Positions 15,001-27,883 of a stretch of 64,000 nt of DNA are shown piece after piece. Below the pieces are notes generated by a model, which searched no databases, was not told where the DNA came from, and saw only the letters and a program-made list of their open reading frames with translations. The stretch's first letter is position 1. The number at the start of each line of letters is the position of its first letter. Made by a program: the position numbers and the translations under genes. The DNA comes from Eledone cirrhosa (lineage: Eukaryota), in contig OZ024752.1 of assembly GCA_964016885.1 (NCBI GenBank), positions 16,616,001 through 16,680,000 on the forward strand. Direction: 5' to 3'.

Positions 15001-18000
15001 TAGTCTGTCTAGGGGAAGGATCACTCTGATGTCAGCCGTGTGTGGTATTCTGTCTAGGGGAAGGATCACTCTGATGTCAGCTGTGTGTGGCAGTCTGTCT
15101 AGGGGAAGGATCACTCTGATGTCAGCCATGTGTGGTAGTCTGTCTAGAGGAAGGATCACTCTGATGTCAGCCGTGTGTGGTAGTCTGTTATGGGAAGGAT
15201 CACTCTGATGTCAGCCGTGTGTGGTAGTCTGTCTAGGAGAAGGATCACTCTGATGTCAGCCATGTGTGGTAGTCTGTCTAGGAGAAGGATCACTCTGATG
15301 TCAGTCATGTGTGGTAGTCTGTTATGGGAAGGATCACTCTGATGTCAGCCGTGTGTGGTAGTCTGTCTCGGTGAAGGATCACTCTGATGTCAGCCGTGTG
15401 TGGTAGTCTGTCTAGGGGAAGGATCACTCCGATGTCAGCCGTGTGTGGTAGTCCGTCTAGGTGAAGGATCACCCTGATGTCAGCCGTGTGTGGTGGTCTG
15501 TTATGGGAAGGATCACTCTGATGTCAGCCGTGTGTGGTAGTATGTCTAGGGGAAGGATCACTCTGATGTCAGCTGTGTGTGGCAGTCTGTCTAGGGGAAG
15601 GATCACTCAGATGTCAGCCAAGTGTGGTAGTCTGTGTAGGGGAAGGATCACTCTGATGTCAGCCATGTGTGGTAGTCTGTCTATGGGAAGGATCACTCTG
15701 ATGTCAGCCGTGTGTAGTAGTCTGTCTAGGGGAAGGATCACTCTGATGTCAGCCAAGTGTGGTAGTCTGTCTAGGTGAAGGATCACCCTGATGTCAGCCG
15801 TGTGTGGCAGTCTGTTATGGGAAGGATCACTCTGATATCAGCTATGTGTGGTAGTCTGTCTAGGGGAAGGATCACTCTGATGTCAGCCGTGTGTGGTAGT
15901 CTGTCTAGGGGAAGGATCACTCTGATGTCAGCCGTGTGTGGTAGTCTGTCTAGGGGAAGGATCACTCTGATGCCAGCTGTGTGTGGTAGTCTGTCTAGGG
16001 GAAGGATCACTCTGATGTCAGCTGTGTGTGGCCGTCTGCCTAGGGGAAGGATTACCCTGATGTCAGCCGTGTGTGGTAGTCTGTCTAGGGGAAGGATCAC
16101 TCGAATATCAGCTATGTGTGGTAGTCTGTCTAGGGGAAGGATCACTCTGATGTCAGCTGTGTGTGGTAGTCTGTCTAGGGGAAGGATAACTCTGATGTCA
16201 GCTGTGTGTGGTAGTCTGTCTAAGGGAAGGATCACTCTGATGTCAGCCGTGTGTGGTAGTCTGTCTAGGGGAAGGATCACTCTGATGTCAGTCATGTGTG
16301 GTAGTCTGTCTAGGGGAAGGATCACTCTGATGTCAGCTGTGTGTGGTAGTCTGTCTAGGGGAAGGATCACTCTGATGTCAGTCATGTGTGGTAGTCTGTC
16401 TAGGGGAAGGATCACTCTGATGTCAGCCGTGTGTGGTAGTCTGTCTAGGGGAAGGATCACTCTGATGTCAGCCGTGTGTGGTAGTCTGTTATGGGAAGGA
16501 TCACTCTGATGTCAGCCGTGTGTGGTAGTCTGTCTAGGTGAAGGATCACTCTGATGTCAGTCGTGTGTGGTAGTCTGTCTAGGTGAAGGATCACTCTGAT
16601 GTCAGCCGTGTGTGGTAGTCTGTCTAAGGGAAAGATCACTCTGATGTCAGCGTGTGTGGTAGTCTGTCTAAGGGAAGGATCACTCTGATGTCAGCCGTGT
16701 GTGGTAGTCTGTCTAGGGGAAGGATCACTCAGATGTCAGCCAAGTGTGGTAGTCTGTCTAGGGGAAGGATCACTCTGATGTCAGCCGTGTGTGGTAGTCT
16801 GTCTATGGGAAGAATCACTCTGATGTCAGCCGTGTGAGGTAGTCTGTCTAGGGGAAGGATCACTCTGATGTCAGCTGTGTGTGGTAGTCTGTCTAGGTGA
16901 AGGATCACCCTGATGTCAGCCGTGTGTGGTAGTCTGTTATGGGAAGGATCACTCTGATGTCAGCCGTGTGTGGTAGTCTGTTATGGGAAGGATCACTCCG
17001 ATGTCAGCCGTGTGTGGTAGTCTGTTTAGGGGAAGGATCACTCTGATGTCAGCCGTGTGTGGTAGTATGTCTAGGGGAAGGATCACTCTGATGTCAGCCG
17101 TGTGTGGTAGTCTGTCTAGGGGAAGGATCACTCTGATGTCAGCCGTGTGTGGTAGTCTGTCTAGAGGAAGGATCACTCTGATGTCAGCCAAGTGTGGTAG
17201 TCTGTCTAGGGGAAGGATCACTCTGATGTCAGCCGTGTGTGGCAGTCTGTTATGGGAAGGATCACTCTGATGTCAGCCGTGTGTGGTAGTCTGTCTAGGG
17301 GAAGGATCACTCTGATGTCAGCCGTGTGTGGTAGTCTGTCTAGGGGAAGGATCACTCTGATGTCAGCCGTGTGTGGTAGTCTGTCTAGGGGAAGGATCAC
17401 TCTGATGTCAGCCAAGTGTGGTAGTCTGTCTAGGGGAAGGATCACTCTGATGTCAGCCGTGTGTGGTAGTCTGTCTTGGTGAAGGATCACTCTGATGTCA
17501 GCGTGTGTGGTAGTCTGTCTAAGGGAAGGATTACTCTGATGTCAGCCGTGTGTGGTAGTCTGTCTAGGGGAAGGATCACTCTGATGTCAGCCGTGTGTGG
17601 TAGTCTGTCTAGGGTAAGGATCACTCTGATGTCAGCCGTGTGTGGTAGTCTGTCTAGGGGAAGGATCACTCTGATGTCAGCGGTGTGTGGTAGTCTGTCT
17701 AGGGGAAGGATCACTCTGATGTCAGCCGTGTGTTGTAGTCTGTCTAGGGGGAGGATCACTCTGATGTGAGCCGTGTGTGGTAGTCTGTCTAGGTGAAGGA
17801 TCACTCTGATGTCAGCTGTGTGTGGTAGTCTGTCTAGGGGAAGGATCACTCTGATGTCAGCCATGTGTGGTAGTCTGTCTAGGGGAAGGATCACTTTGAT
17901 GTCAGCCACGTGTGGTAGTCTGTCTAGGTGAAGGATCACTCTGATGTCAGCCGTGTGTGGTAGTCTGTCTAGGTGAAGGATCACTCTGATGTCAGCCAAG

Positions 18001-21000
18001 TGTGGTAGTCTGTCTAGGGGAAGGATCACTCTCATGTCAGCCGTGTGTGGTAGTCTGTTATGGGAAGGATCACTCTGATGTCAGCCGTGTGTGGTAGTCT
18101 GTCTAGGTGAAGGATCACTCTGATATCAGCCGTGTGTGGTAGTCTGTCTAGGTGAAGGATCACTCTGATGTCAGCCAAGTGTGGTAGTATGTCTAGGGGA
18201 AGGATCACTCTGATGTCAGCCGTGTCTGGTAGTCTGTTATGGGAAGGATCACTCTGATGTCAGCCGTGTGTGTTAGTCTGTCTAGGTGAAGGATCACTCT
18301 GATGTCAGTCGTGTGTGGTAGTCTGTCTAGGTGAAGGATCACTCTGATGTCAGCCGTGTGTGGTAGTCTGTCTAGGGGAAGGATCACTCTGATGTCAGCC
18401 TGTGTGGTAGTCTGTCTAAGGGAAGGATCACTCTGATGTCAGCCGTGTGTGGTAGTCTGTCTAAGGGAAGGATCACTCTGATGTCAGTCATGTGTGGTAG
18501 TCTGTTATGGGAAGGATCACTCTGATGTCAGCCGTGTGTGGTAGTCTGTCTAGGGGAAGGATCACTCTCATGTCAGCCGTGTGTGGCAGTCTGTTATGGG
18601 AAGGATCACTCTGATGTCAGCCGTGTGTGGTAGTCTGTCTAGGGGAAGGATCAGTCTGATGTCAGCCGTGTGTGGTAGTCTGTCTAGGGGAAGGATCACT
18701 CTGATGTCAGCCGTGTGTGGTAGTCTGTCTAGGGGAAGGATCACTCTGATGTCAGCCAAGTGTGGTAGTCTGTCTAGGGGAAGGATCACTCTGATGTCAG
18801 CCGTGTGTGGCAGTCTGTTATGGGAAGGATCACTCTGATGTCAGCCGTGTGTGGTAGTCTGTCTAGGGGAAGGATCACTCTGATGTCAGCCGTGTGTGGT
18901 AGTCTGTCTAAAGGAAGGATCACTCTGATGTCAGCTGTGTGTGGTAGTCTGTCTAAGAGAAGGATCACTCTGATGTCAGCTGTGTGTGGTAGTCTGTCTA
19001 GGTGAAGGATCACTCTGATGTCAGCCGTGTGTGGTAGTCTGTCTAAGGGAAGGATCACTCTGATGTCAGCCGTGTGTGGTAGTCTGGTAAGGGAAGGATC
19101 ACTCTGATGTCAGCTGTGTGTGGTAGTCTGTCTAAGGGAAGGATCACTCTGATGTCAGCTGTGTGTGGTAGTCTGTCTAGGGGAAGGATCACTCTGATGT
19201 CAGCCAAGTGTGGTAGTCTGTCTAGGGGAAGGATCACTCTGATGTCAGCCGTGTGTGGTAGTCTGTTATGGGAAGGATCACTCTGATGTCAGCCGTGTGT
19301 GGTAGTCTGTCTAGGTGAAGGATCACTCTGATGTCAGTCGTGTGTGGTAGTCTGTCTAGGTGAAGGATCACTCTGATGTCAGCCGTGTGTGGTAGTCTGT
19401 CTAAGGGAAAGATCACTCTGATGTCAGCGTGTGTGGTAGTCTGTCTAAGGGAAGGATCACTCTGATGTCAGCCGTGTGTGGTAGTCTGTCTAGGGGAAGG
19501 ATCACTCAGATGTCAGCCAAGTGTGGTAGTCTGTCTAGGGGAAGGATCACTCTGATGTCAGCCGTGTGTGGTAGTCTGTCTATGGGAAGAATCACTCTGA
19601 TGTCAGCCGTGTGAGGTAGTCTGTCTAGGGGAAGGATCACTCTGATGTCAGCCAAGTGTGGTAGTCTGTCTAGGTGAAGGATCACCCTGATGTCAGCCGT
19701 GTGTGGTAGTCTGTTATGGGAAGGATCACTCTGATGTCAGCCGTGTGTGGTAGTCTGTTATGGGAAGGATCAGTCTGATGTCAGCCGTGTGTGGTAGTCT
19801 GTCTAGGGGAAGGATCACTCTGATGTCAGCCGTGTGTGGTAGTCTGTCTAGGGGAAGGATCACTCTGATGTCAGCCGTGTGTGGTAGTCTGTCTAGGGGA
19901 AGGATCACTCTGATGTCAGCCGTGTGTGGCAGTCTGTCAAAGGGAAGGATCACTCTGATGTCAGCCGTGTGTGGTAGTCTTTCTAGGGGAAGGATCACTC
20001 TGATGTCAGCCGTGTGTGGTAGTCTGTTATGGGAAGGATCACTCTGATGTCAGCCGTGTGTGGTAGTCTGTCTAGGGGAAGGATCACTCTGATGTCAGCC
20101 GTGTGTGGTAGTCTGTCTAGGTGAAGGATCACACTGATGTCAGCCGTGTGTGGTAGTCTGTCTAGGGGAAGGATCACTCTGATGTCAGCCGTGTGTGGTA
20201 GTCTGTCTAGGTGAAGGATCACTCTGATGTCAGCCGTGTGTGGTAGTCTGTCAAGGTGAAGGATCACTCTGATGTCAGCGTGTGTGGTAGTCTGTCTAAG
20301 GGTAGGATCACTCTGATGTCAGCCGTGTGGGGGTAGTCTGTCTAGGGGAAGGATCACTCCGATGTTAGCCGTGTGTGGTAGTCTGTTATGGGAAGGATCA
20401 CTCTGATGTCAGTCGTGTGTGGTAGTCTGTCTAGGTGAAGGATCACTCTGATGTCAGCCGTGTGTGGTAGTCTGTCTAGGGGAAGGATCACTCTGATGTC
20501 AGCCTGTGTGGTAGTCTGTCTAAGGGAAGGATCACTCTGATGTCAGCCGTGTGTGGTAGTCTGTCTAATGGAAGGATCACTCTGATGTCAGTCATGTGTG
20601 GTAGTCTGTTATGGGAAGGATCACTCTGATGTCAGCCGTGTGTGGTAGTCTGTCTAGGGGAAGGATCAGTCTGATGTCAGCCGTGTGTGGTAGTCTGTCT
20701 AGGGGAAGGATCACTCTGATGTCAGCCGTGTGTGGTAGTCTGTCTAGGGGAAGGATCACTCTGATGTCAGCCAAGTGTGGTAGTCTGTCTAGGGGAAGGA
20801 TCACTCTGATGTCAGCCGTGTGTGGCAGTCTGTTATGGGAAGGATCACTCTGATGTCAGCCGTGTGTGGTAGTCTGTCTAGGGGAAGGATCACTCTGATG
20901 TCAGCCGTGTGTGGTAGTCTGTCTAGGGGAAGGATCACTCTGATGTCAGCCGTGTGTGGTAGTCTGTCTAAAGGAAGGATCACTCTGATGTCAGCTGTGT

Positions 21001-24000
21001 GTGGTAGTCTGTCTAAGAGAAGGATCACTCTGATGTCAGCTGTGTGTGGTAGTCTGTCTAGGTGAAGGATCACTCTGATGTCAGCCGTGTGTGGTAGTCT
21101 GTCTAAGGGAAGGATCACTCTGATGTCAGCCGTGTGTGGTAGTCTGGTAAGGGAAGGATCACTCTGATGTCAGCTGTGTGTGGTAGTCTGTCTAAGGGAA
21201 GGATCACTCTGATGTCAGCTGTGTGTGGTAGTCTGTCTAGGGGAAGGATCACTCTGATGTCAGCCAAGTGTGGTAGTCTGTCTAGGGGAAGGATCACTCT
21301 GATGTCAGCCGTGTGTGGTAGTCTGTTATGGGAAGGATCACTCTGATGTCAGCCGTGTGTGGTAGTCTGTCTAGGTGAAGGATCACTCTGATGTCAGTCG
21401 TGTGTGGTAGTCTGTCTAGGTGAAGGATCACTCTGATGTCAGCCGTGTGTGGTAGTCTGTCTAAGGGAAAGATCACTCTGATGTCAGCGTGTGTGGTAGT
21501 CTGTCTAAGGGAAGGATCACTCTGATGTCAGCCGTGTGTGGTAGTCTGTCTAGGGGAAGGATCACTCAGATGTCAGCCAAGTGTGGTAGTCTGTCTAGGG
21601 GAAGGATCACTCTGATGTCAGCCGTGTGTGGTAGTCTGTCTATGGGAAGAATCACTCTGATGTCAGCCGTGTGAGGTAGTCTGTCTAGGGGAAGGATCAC
21701 TCTGATGTCAGCCAAGTGTGGTAGTCTGTCTAGGTGAAGGATCACCCTGATGTCAGCCGTGTGTGGTAGTCTGTTATGGGAAGGATCACTCTGATGTCAG
21801 CCGTGTGTGGTAGTCTGTTATGGGAAGGATCAGTCTGATGTCAGCCGTGTGTGGTAGTCTGTCTAGGGGAAGGATCACTCTGATGTCAGCCGTGTGTGGT
21901 AGTCTGTCTAGGGGAAGGATCACTCTGATGTCAGCCGTGTGTGGTAGTCTGTCTAGGGGAAGGATCACTCTGATGTCAGCCGTGTGTGGCAGTCTGTCAA
22001 AGGGAAGGATCACTCTGATGTCAGCCGTGTGTGGTAGTCTTTCTAGGGGAAGGATCACTCTGATGTCAGCCGTGTGTGGTAGTCTGTTATGGGAAGGATC
22101 ACTCTGATGTCAGCCGTGTGTGGTAGTCTGTCTAGGGGAAGGATCACTCTGATGTCAGCCGTGTGTGGTAGTCTGTCTAGGTGAAGGATCACACTGATGT
22201 CAGCCGTGTGTGGTAGTCTGTCTAGGGGAAGGATCACTCTGATGTCAGCCGTGTGTGGTAGTCTGTCTAGGTGAAGGATCACTCTGATGTCAGCCGTGTG
22301 TGGTAGTCTGTCAAGGTGAAGGATCACTCTGATGTCAGCGTGTGTGGTAGTCTGTCTAAGGGTAGGATCACTCTGATGTCAGCCGTGTGGGGGTAGTCTG
22401 TCTAGGGGAAGGATCACTCCGATGTTAGCCGTGTGTGGTAGTCTGTTATGGGAAGGATCACTCTGATGTCAGCCGTGTGTGGTAGTCTGTTATGGGAAGG
22501 ATCACTCCGATGTCAGCCGTGTGTGGTAGTCTGTCTAGGGGAAGGATCACTCTGATGTCAGCTGTGTGTGGTAGTCTTTTATGGGAAGGATCACTCTGAT
22601 GTCAGCCGTGTGTGGTAGTCTGTTATGGGAAGGATCACTCTGATGTCAGTCGTGTGTTGTAGTCTGTCTAGGGGAAGGATCACTCTGATGTCAGTCGTGT
22701 GTGGTAGTCTGTCTAGGGGAAGGATCACTCTGATGTCAGCCGTGTGTGGTAGTCTATCTAGGGGAAGGATCACTCTGATGTCAGCTGTGTGTGGCAGTCT
22801 GTCTAGGGGAAGGATCACTCTGATGTCAGCCATGTGTGGTAGTCTGTCTAGAGGAAGGATCACTCTGATGTCAGCCGTGTGTGGTAGTCTGTTATGGGAA
22901 GGATCACTCTGATGTCAGCCGTATGTGGTAGTCTGCCTAGGGGAAGGATCACACTGATGTCAGCCATGTGTGGTAGTCTGTCTAGGGGAAGGATCACTCT
23001 GATGTCAGTCATGTGTGGTAGTCTGTTATGGGAAGGATTACTCTGATGTCAGCCGTGTGTGGTAGTCCGTCTAGGTGAAGGATCACCCTGATGTCAGCCG
23101 TGTGTGGTGGTCTGTTATGGGAAGGATCACTCTGATGTCAGCCGTGTGTGGTAGTATGTCTAGGGGAAGGATCACTCTGATGTCAGCCGTGTGTGGTAGT
23201 CTGTTATGGGAAGGATCACTCCGATGTCAGCCGTGTGTGGTAGTCTGTTATGGGAAGGATCACTCCGATGTCAGCCGTGTGTGGTAGTCTGTCTAGGGGA
23301 AGGATCACTCTGATGTCAGCTGTGTGTGGCAGTCTGTCTAGGGGAAGGATCACTCAGATGTCAGCCAAGTGTGGTAGTCTGTCTAGGGGAAGGATCACTC
23401 TGATGTCAGCCATGTGTGGTAGTCTGTCTATGGGAAGGATCACTCTGATGTCAGCCGTGTGTGGTAGTCTGTCTAGGGGAAGGATCACTCTGATGTCAGC
23501 CAAGTGTGGTAGTCTATCTAGGTGAAGGATCACCCTGATGTCAGCCGTGTGTGGTAGTCTGTTATGGGAAGGATCACTCTGATGTCAGCCGTGTGTGGTA
23601 GTCTGTTATGGGAAGGATCACTCTGATGTCAGCCATGTGTGGTAGTCTGTCTAGGGGAAGGATCACTCTGATGTCAGCCGTGTGTGTTAGTCTGTCTAGG
23701 GGAAGGATCACTCTGATGTCAGCCGTGTGTGGTAGACTGTCTAGGGGAAGGATCACTCTGATGTCAGCCTCTGTGGTAGTCTGTCTAAGGGAAGGATCAC
23801 TCTGATGTCAGCCGTGTGTGGTAGTCTGTCTAAGGGAAGGATCACTCTGATGTCAGTCATGTGTGGTAGTCTGTTATGGGAAGGATCACTCTGATGTCAG
23901 CCGCGTGTGGTAGTCTGTCTAGGGGAAGGATCACTCTGATGTCAGCCGTGTGTGGCAGTCTGTTATGGGAGGGATCACTCTGATGTCCGCCGTGTGTGGT

Positions 24001-27000
24001 AGTCTGTCTAGTGGAAGGATCACTCTGATGTCAGCCGTGTGTGGTAGTCTGTCTAGGGGAAGGATCACTCTGATGTCAACCGTGTGTGGTAGTCTGTCTA
24101 GGGGAAGGATCACTCTGATGTCAGCCGTGTGTGGTAGTCTGTCTAGGGGAAGGATCACTCTGATGTCAGCCAAGTGTGGTAGTCTGTCTAGGGGAAGGAT
24201 CACTCTGATGTCAGCCGTGTGTGGCAGTCTGTTATGGGAAGGATCACTCTGATGTCAGCCGTGTGTGGTAGTCTGTCTAGGGGAAGGATCACTCTGATGT
24301 CAGCCAAGTGTGGTAGTCTGTCTAGGGGAAGGATCACTCTGATGTCAGCCGTGTGTGGCAGTCTGTTATGGGAAGGATCACTCTGATGTCAGCCATGTGT
24401 GGTAGTCTGTCTAGGGGAAGGATCACTCTGATGTCAGCCGTGTGTGGTAGTCTGTCTAGGGGAAGGATCACTCTGATGTCAGCCGTGTGTGGTAGTCTGT
24501 CTAAAGGAAGGATCACTCTGATGTCAGCTGTGTGTGGTAGTCTGTCTAAGAGAAGGATCACTCTGATGTCAGCTGTGTGTGGTAGTCTGTCTAGGTGAAG
24601 GATCACTCTGATGTCAGCCGTGTGTGGTAGCCTGTCTAAGGGAAGGATCACTCTTATGTCAGCCGTGTGTGGTAGTCTGTCTAGGTGAAGGATCACTCTG
24701 ATGTCAGCTGTGTGTGGTAGTCTGTCTAGGTGAAGGATCACTCTGCTGTCAGCCGTGTGTGGTAGCCTGTCTAAGGGAAGGATCACTCTTATGTCAGCCG
24801 TGTGTGGTAGTCTGTTATGGGAAGGATTACTCTGATGTCAGCCGTGTGTGGTAGTATGTCTAGGTGAAGGATCACTCTGATGTCAGCTGTGTGTGGTAGT
24901 CTGTCTAGGTGAAGGATCACTCTGATGTCAGCCGTGTGTGGTAGTCTGTCTAAGGGAAGGATCACTCTGATGTCAGCGTGTGTGGTAGTCTGTCTAAGGG
25001 AAGGATCACTCTGATGTCAGCCGTGTGTGGTAGTCTGTCTAGGGGAAGGATCACTCAGATGTCAGCCAAGTGTGGTAGTCTGTCTAGGGGAAGGATCACT
25101 CTGATGTCAGCCGTGTGTGGTAGTCTGTCTATGGGAAGGATCACTCTGATGTCAGCCGTGTGTGGTAGTCTGTCTAGGGGAAGGATCACTCTGATGTCAG
25201 CCAAGTGTGGTAGTCTGTCTAGGTGAAGGATCACCCTGATGTCAGCCGTGTGTGGTAGTCTGTTATGGGAAGGATCACTCTGATGTCAGCCGTGTGTGGT
25301 AGTCTGTTATGGGAAGGATCACTCTGATGTCAGCCGTGTGTGGTAGTCTATCTAGGTGAAGGATCACTCTGATGTCAGCCGTGTGTGGTAGTCTGTCTAG
25401 GTGAAGGATCACTCTGATGTCAGCGTGTGTGGTAGTCTGTCTAAGGGAAGGATCATTCCGATGTCAGCCGTGTGGGGTAGTCTGTCTAGGGGAAGGATCA
25501 CTCCGATGTCAGCCGTGTGTGGTAGTCTGTTATGGGAAGGATCACTCTGATGTCAGCCGTGTGTGGTAGTCTGCTATGGGAAGGATCATTCTGATGTCAG
25601 CTGTGTGTGGTAGTCTGTTATGGGAAGGATCACTCCGATGTCAGCCGTGTGTGGTAGTCTGTCTAGGGGAAGGATCACTCTGATGTCAGCTGTGTGTGGT
25701 AGTCTTTTATGGGAAGGATCACTCTGATGTCAGCCGTGTGTGGTAGTCTGTTATGGGAAGGATCACTCTGATGTCAGTCGTGTGTGGTAGTCTGTCTAGG
25801 GGAAGGATCACTCTGATGTCAGTCGTGTGTGGTAGTCTGTCTAGGGGAAGGATCACTCTGATGTCAGCCGTGTGTGGTATTCTGTCTAGGGGAAGGATCA
25901 CTCTGATGTCAGCTGTGTGTGGCAGTCTGTCTAGGGGAAGGATCACTCTGATGTCAGCCATGTGTGGTAGTCTGTCTAGAGGAAGGATCACTCTGATGTC
26001 AGCCGTGTGTGGTAGTCTGTTATGGGAAGGATCACTCTGATGTCAGCCGTGTGTGGTAGTCTGTCTAGGAGAAGGATCACTCTGATGTCAGCCATGTGTG
26101 GTAGTCTGTCTAGGGGAAGGATCACTCTGATGTCAGTCATGTGTGGTAGTCTGTTATGGGAAGGATCACTCTGATGTCAGCCGTGTGTGGTAGTCTGTCT
26201 CGGTGAAGGATCACTCTGATGTCAGCCGTGTGTGGTAGTCTGTCTAGGGGAAGGATCACTCCGATGTCAGCCGTGTGTGGTAGTCCGTCTAGGTGAAGGA
26301 TCACCCTGATGTCAGCCGTGTGTGGTGGTCTGTTATGGGAAGGATCACTCTGATGTCAGCCGTGTGTGGTAGTATGTCTAGGGGAAGGATCACTCTGATG
26401 TCAGCTGTGTGTGGCAGTCTGTCTAGGGGAAGGATCACTCAGATGTCAGCCAAGTGTGGTAGTCTGTGTAGGGGAAGGATCACTCTGATGTCAGCCATGT
26501 GTGGTAGTCTGTCTATGGGAAGGATCACTCTGATGTCAGCCGTGTGTAGTAGTCTGTCTAGGGGAAGGATCACTCTGATGTCAGCCAAGTGTGGTAGTCT
26601 GTCTAGGTGAAGGATCACCCTGATGTCAGCCGTGTGTGGCAGTCTGTTATGGGAAGGATCACTCTGATATCAGCTATGTGTGGTAGTCTGTCTAGGGGAA
26701 GGATCACTCTGATGTCAGCCGTGTGTGGTAGTCTGTCTAGGGGAAGGATCACTCTGATGTCAGCCGTGTGTGGTAGTCTGTCTAGGGGAAGGATCACTCT
26801 GATGCCAGCTGTGTGTGGTAGTCTGTCTAGGGGAAGGATCACTCTGATGTCAGCTGTGTGTGGCCGTCTGCCTAGGGGAAGGATTACCCTGATGTCAGCC
26901 GTGTGTGGTAGTCTGTCTAGGGGAAGGATCACTCTAATATCAGCTATGTGTGGTAGTCTGTCTAGGGGAAGGATCACTCTGATGTCAGCTGTGTGTGGTA

Positions 27001-27365
27001 GTCTGTCTAGGGGAAGGATAACTCTGATGTCAGCTGTGTGTGGTAGTCTGTCTAAGGGAAGGATCACTCTGATGTCAGCCGTGTGTGGTAGTCTGTCTAG
27101 GGGAAGGATCACTCTGATGTCAGTCATGTGTGGTAGTCTGTCTAGGGGAAGGATCACTCTGATGTCAGCTGTGTGTGGTAGTCTGTCTAGGGGAAGGATC
27201 ACTCTGATGTCAGTCATGTGTGGTAGTCTGTCTAGGGGAAGGATCACTCTGATGTCAGCCGTGTGTGGTAGTCTGTCTAGGGGAAGGATCACTCTGATGT
27301 CAGCTGTGTGTGGTATTCTGTCTAGGGGAAGGATCACCCTGATGTCACCCTGATGTCAGCCATAT
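1..27365. repeat. Left satellite array, 45/44-bp monomer, about 610 units, with higher-order repeats
   Basis: Continuous head-to-tail GGAAGGATCACTCTGATGTCAGCCGTGTGTGGTAGTCTGTCTAGG, with a frequent 44-bp variant (...GTCTGTTATGG). The unit count is estimated from length. The array runs off the left edge. Confidence 0.99.
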
Positions 27366-27467
27366 ATGGTTATGGGGGGTCTATCTCCAAAACCATAGGA
27401 AGAGTTCGTGAACAAACAAACAAACAAACAGACAGGAATACAACTTTATATATATATATATATAGGA
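27361..27467 (-). mobile_element. Putative 5' terminus of a non-autonomous Helitron (Lep1/DINE-1-like architecture) capping the left array
   Basis: The minus strand reads (TA)n-AAGTTGTATTCCTGTCT(GTTT)n-GTTCACGAACTCTTCC-TATGGTTTTGGAGATAGACCCCCCATAACCATA (stem-loop) and then runs into the tandem repeat. This is the TA-rich start, GTYT microsatellite, internal tandem repeat layout known from such elements. Confidence 0.55.
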
Positions 27468-27469
27468 AA

Positions 27470-27557
27470 ATGTTCAAGACCCCGACGGCAGAGCTCAAGC
27501 CGTTTCGACGGCTATTTCTGGACTCAATCCAGAATCTGCCGCCGTGGTCTTGAACAT
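27470..27557. other. Three-way-junction stem-loop inside a short (TA)n-flanked element (27468-27642)
   Basis: Outer stem ATGTTCAAGACCCCGACGGCAGA / TCTGCCGCCGTGGTCTTGAACAT encloses the hairpins AGCCGT-TTCG-ACGGCT and TTCTGGA-CTCAA-TCCAGAA. Confidence 0.6.
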
Positions 27558-27640
27558 CTTCCTATTACCCACTCTACTACCCAAAGTATTGAGTACTCTG
27601 GTGCGTTATGGTCCACCTGGTTCTTACCACACTTCCTTTG

Positions 27641-27684
<44 letters not shown>

Positions 27685-27817
27685 GTAGAGGTTATATTTA
27701 ATTTGTTGGGATACAACAAGCAAAATATTTTTATAACTGATATAAAGCACTCAACAAATTATTGGAGTAAATATACAATATATTAACAAATGGAAACTAT
27801 ATTTATAAAACCATATT

Positions 27818-27883
27818 TATTTCATTATACATATTTCAAGGGCGACCAAGGCAAACTATGGTGCGCTTTCATCAGATAAAATA
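27818..27883 (-). ncRNA. Type I hammerhead ribozyme (PLE pLTR type)
   Basis: Minus strand: TATTTTAT-CTGATGA-[AAGCGCACCA..TGGTCGCCCTT]-GAAA-TATGTA-TA^-ATGAAATA. Full core present, stem I is 8 bp with one G-U pair. Confidence 0.85.

Noticed and set aside
1-27350. CRISPR array
   Set aside because: There are no unique spacers between repeats and no cas genes, and the context is eukaryotic.
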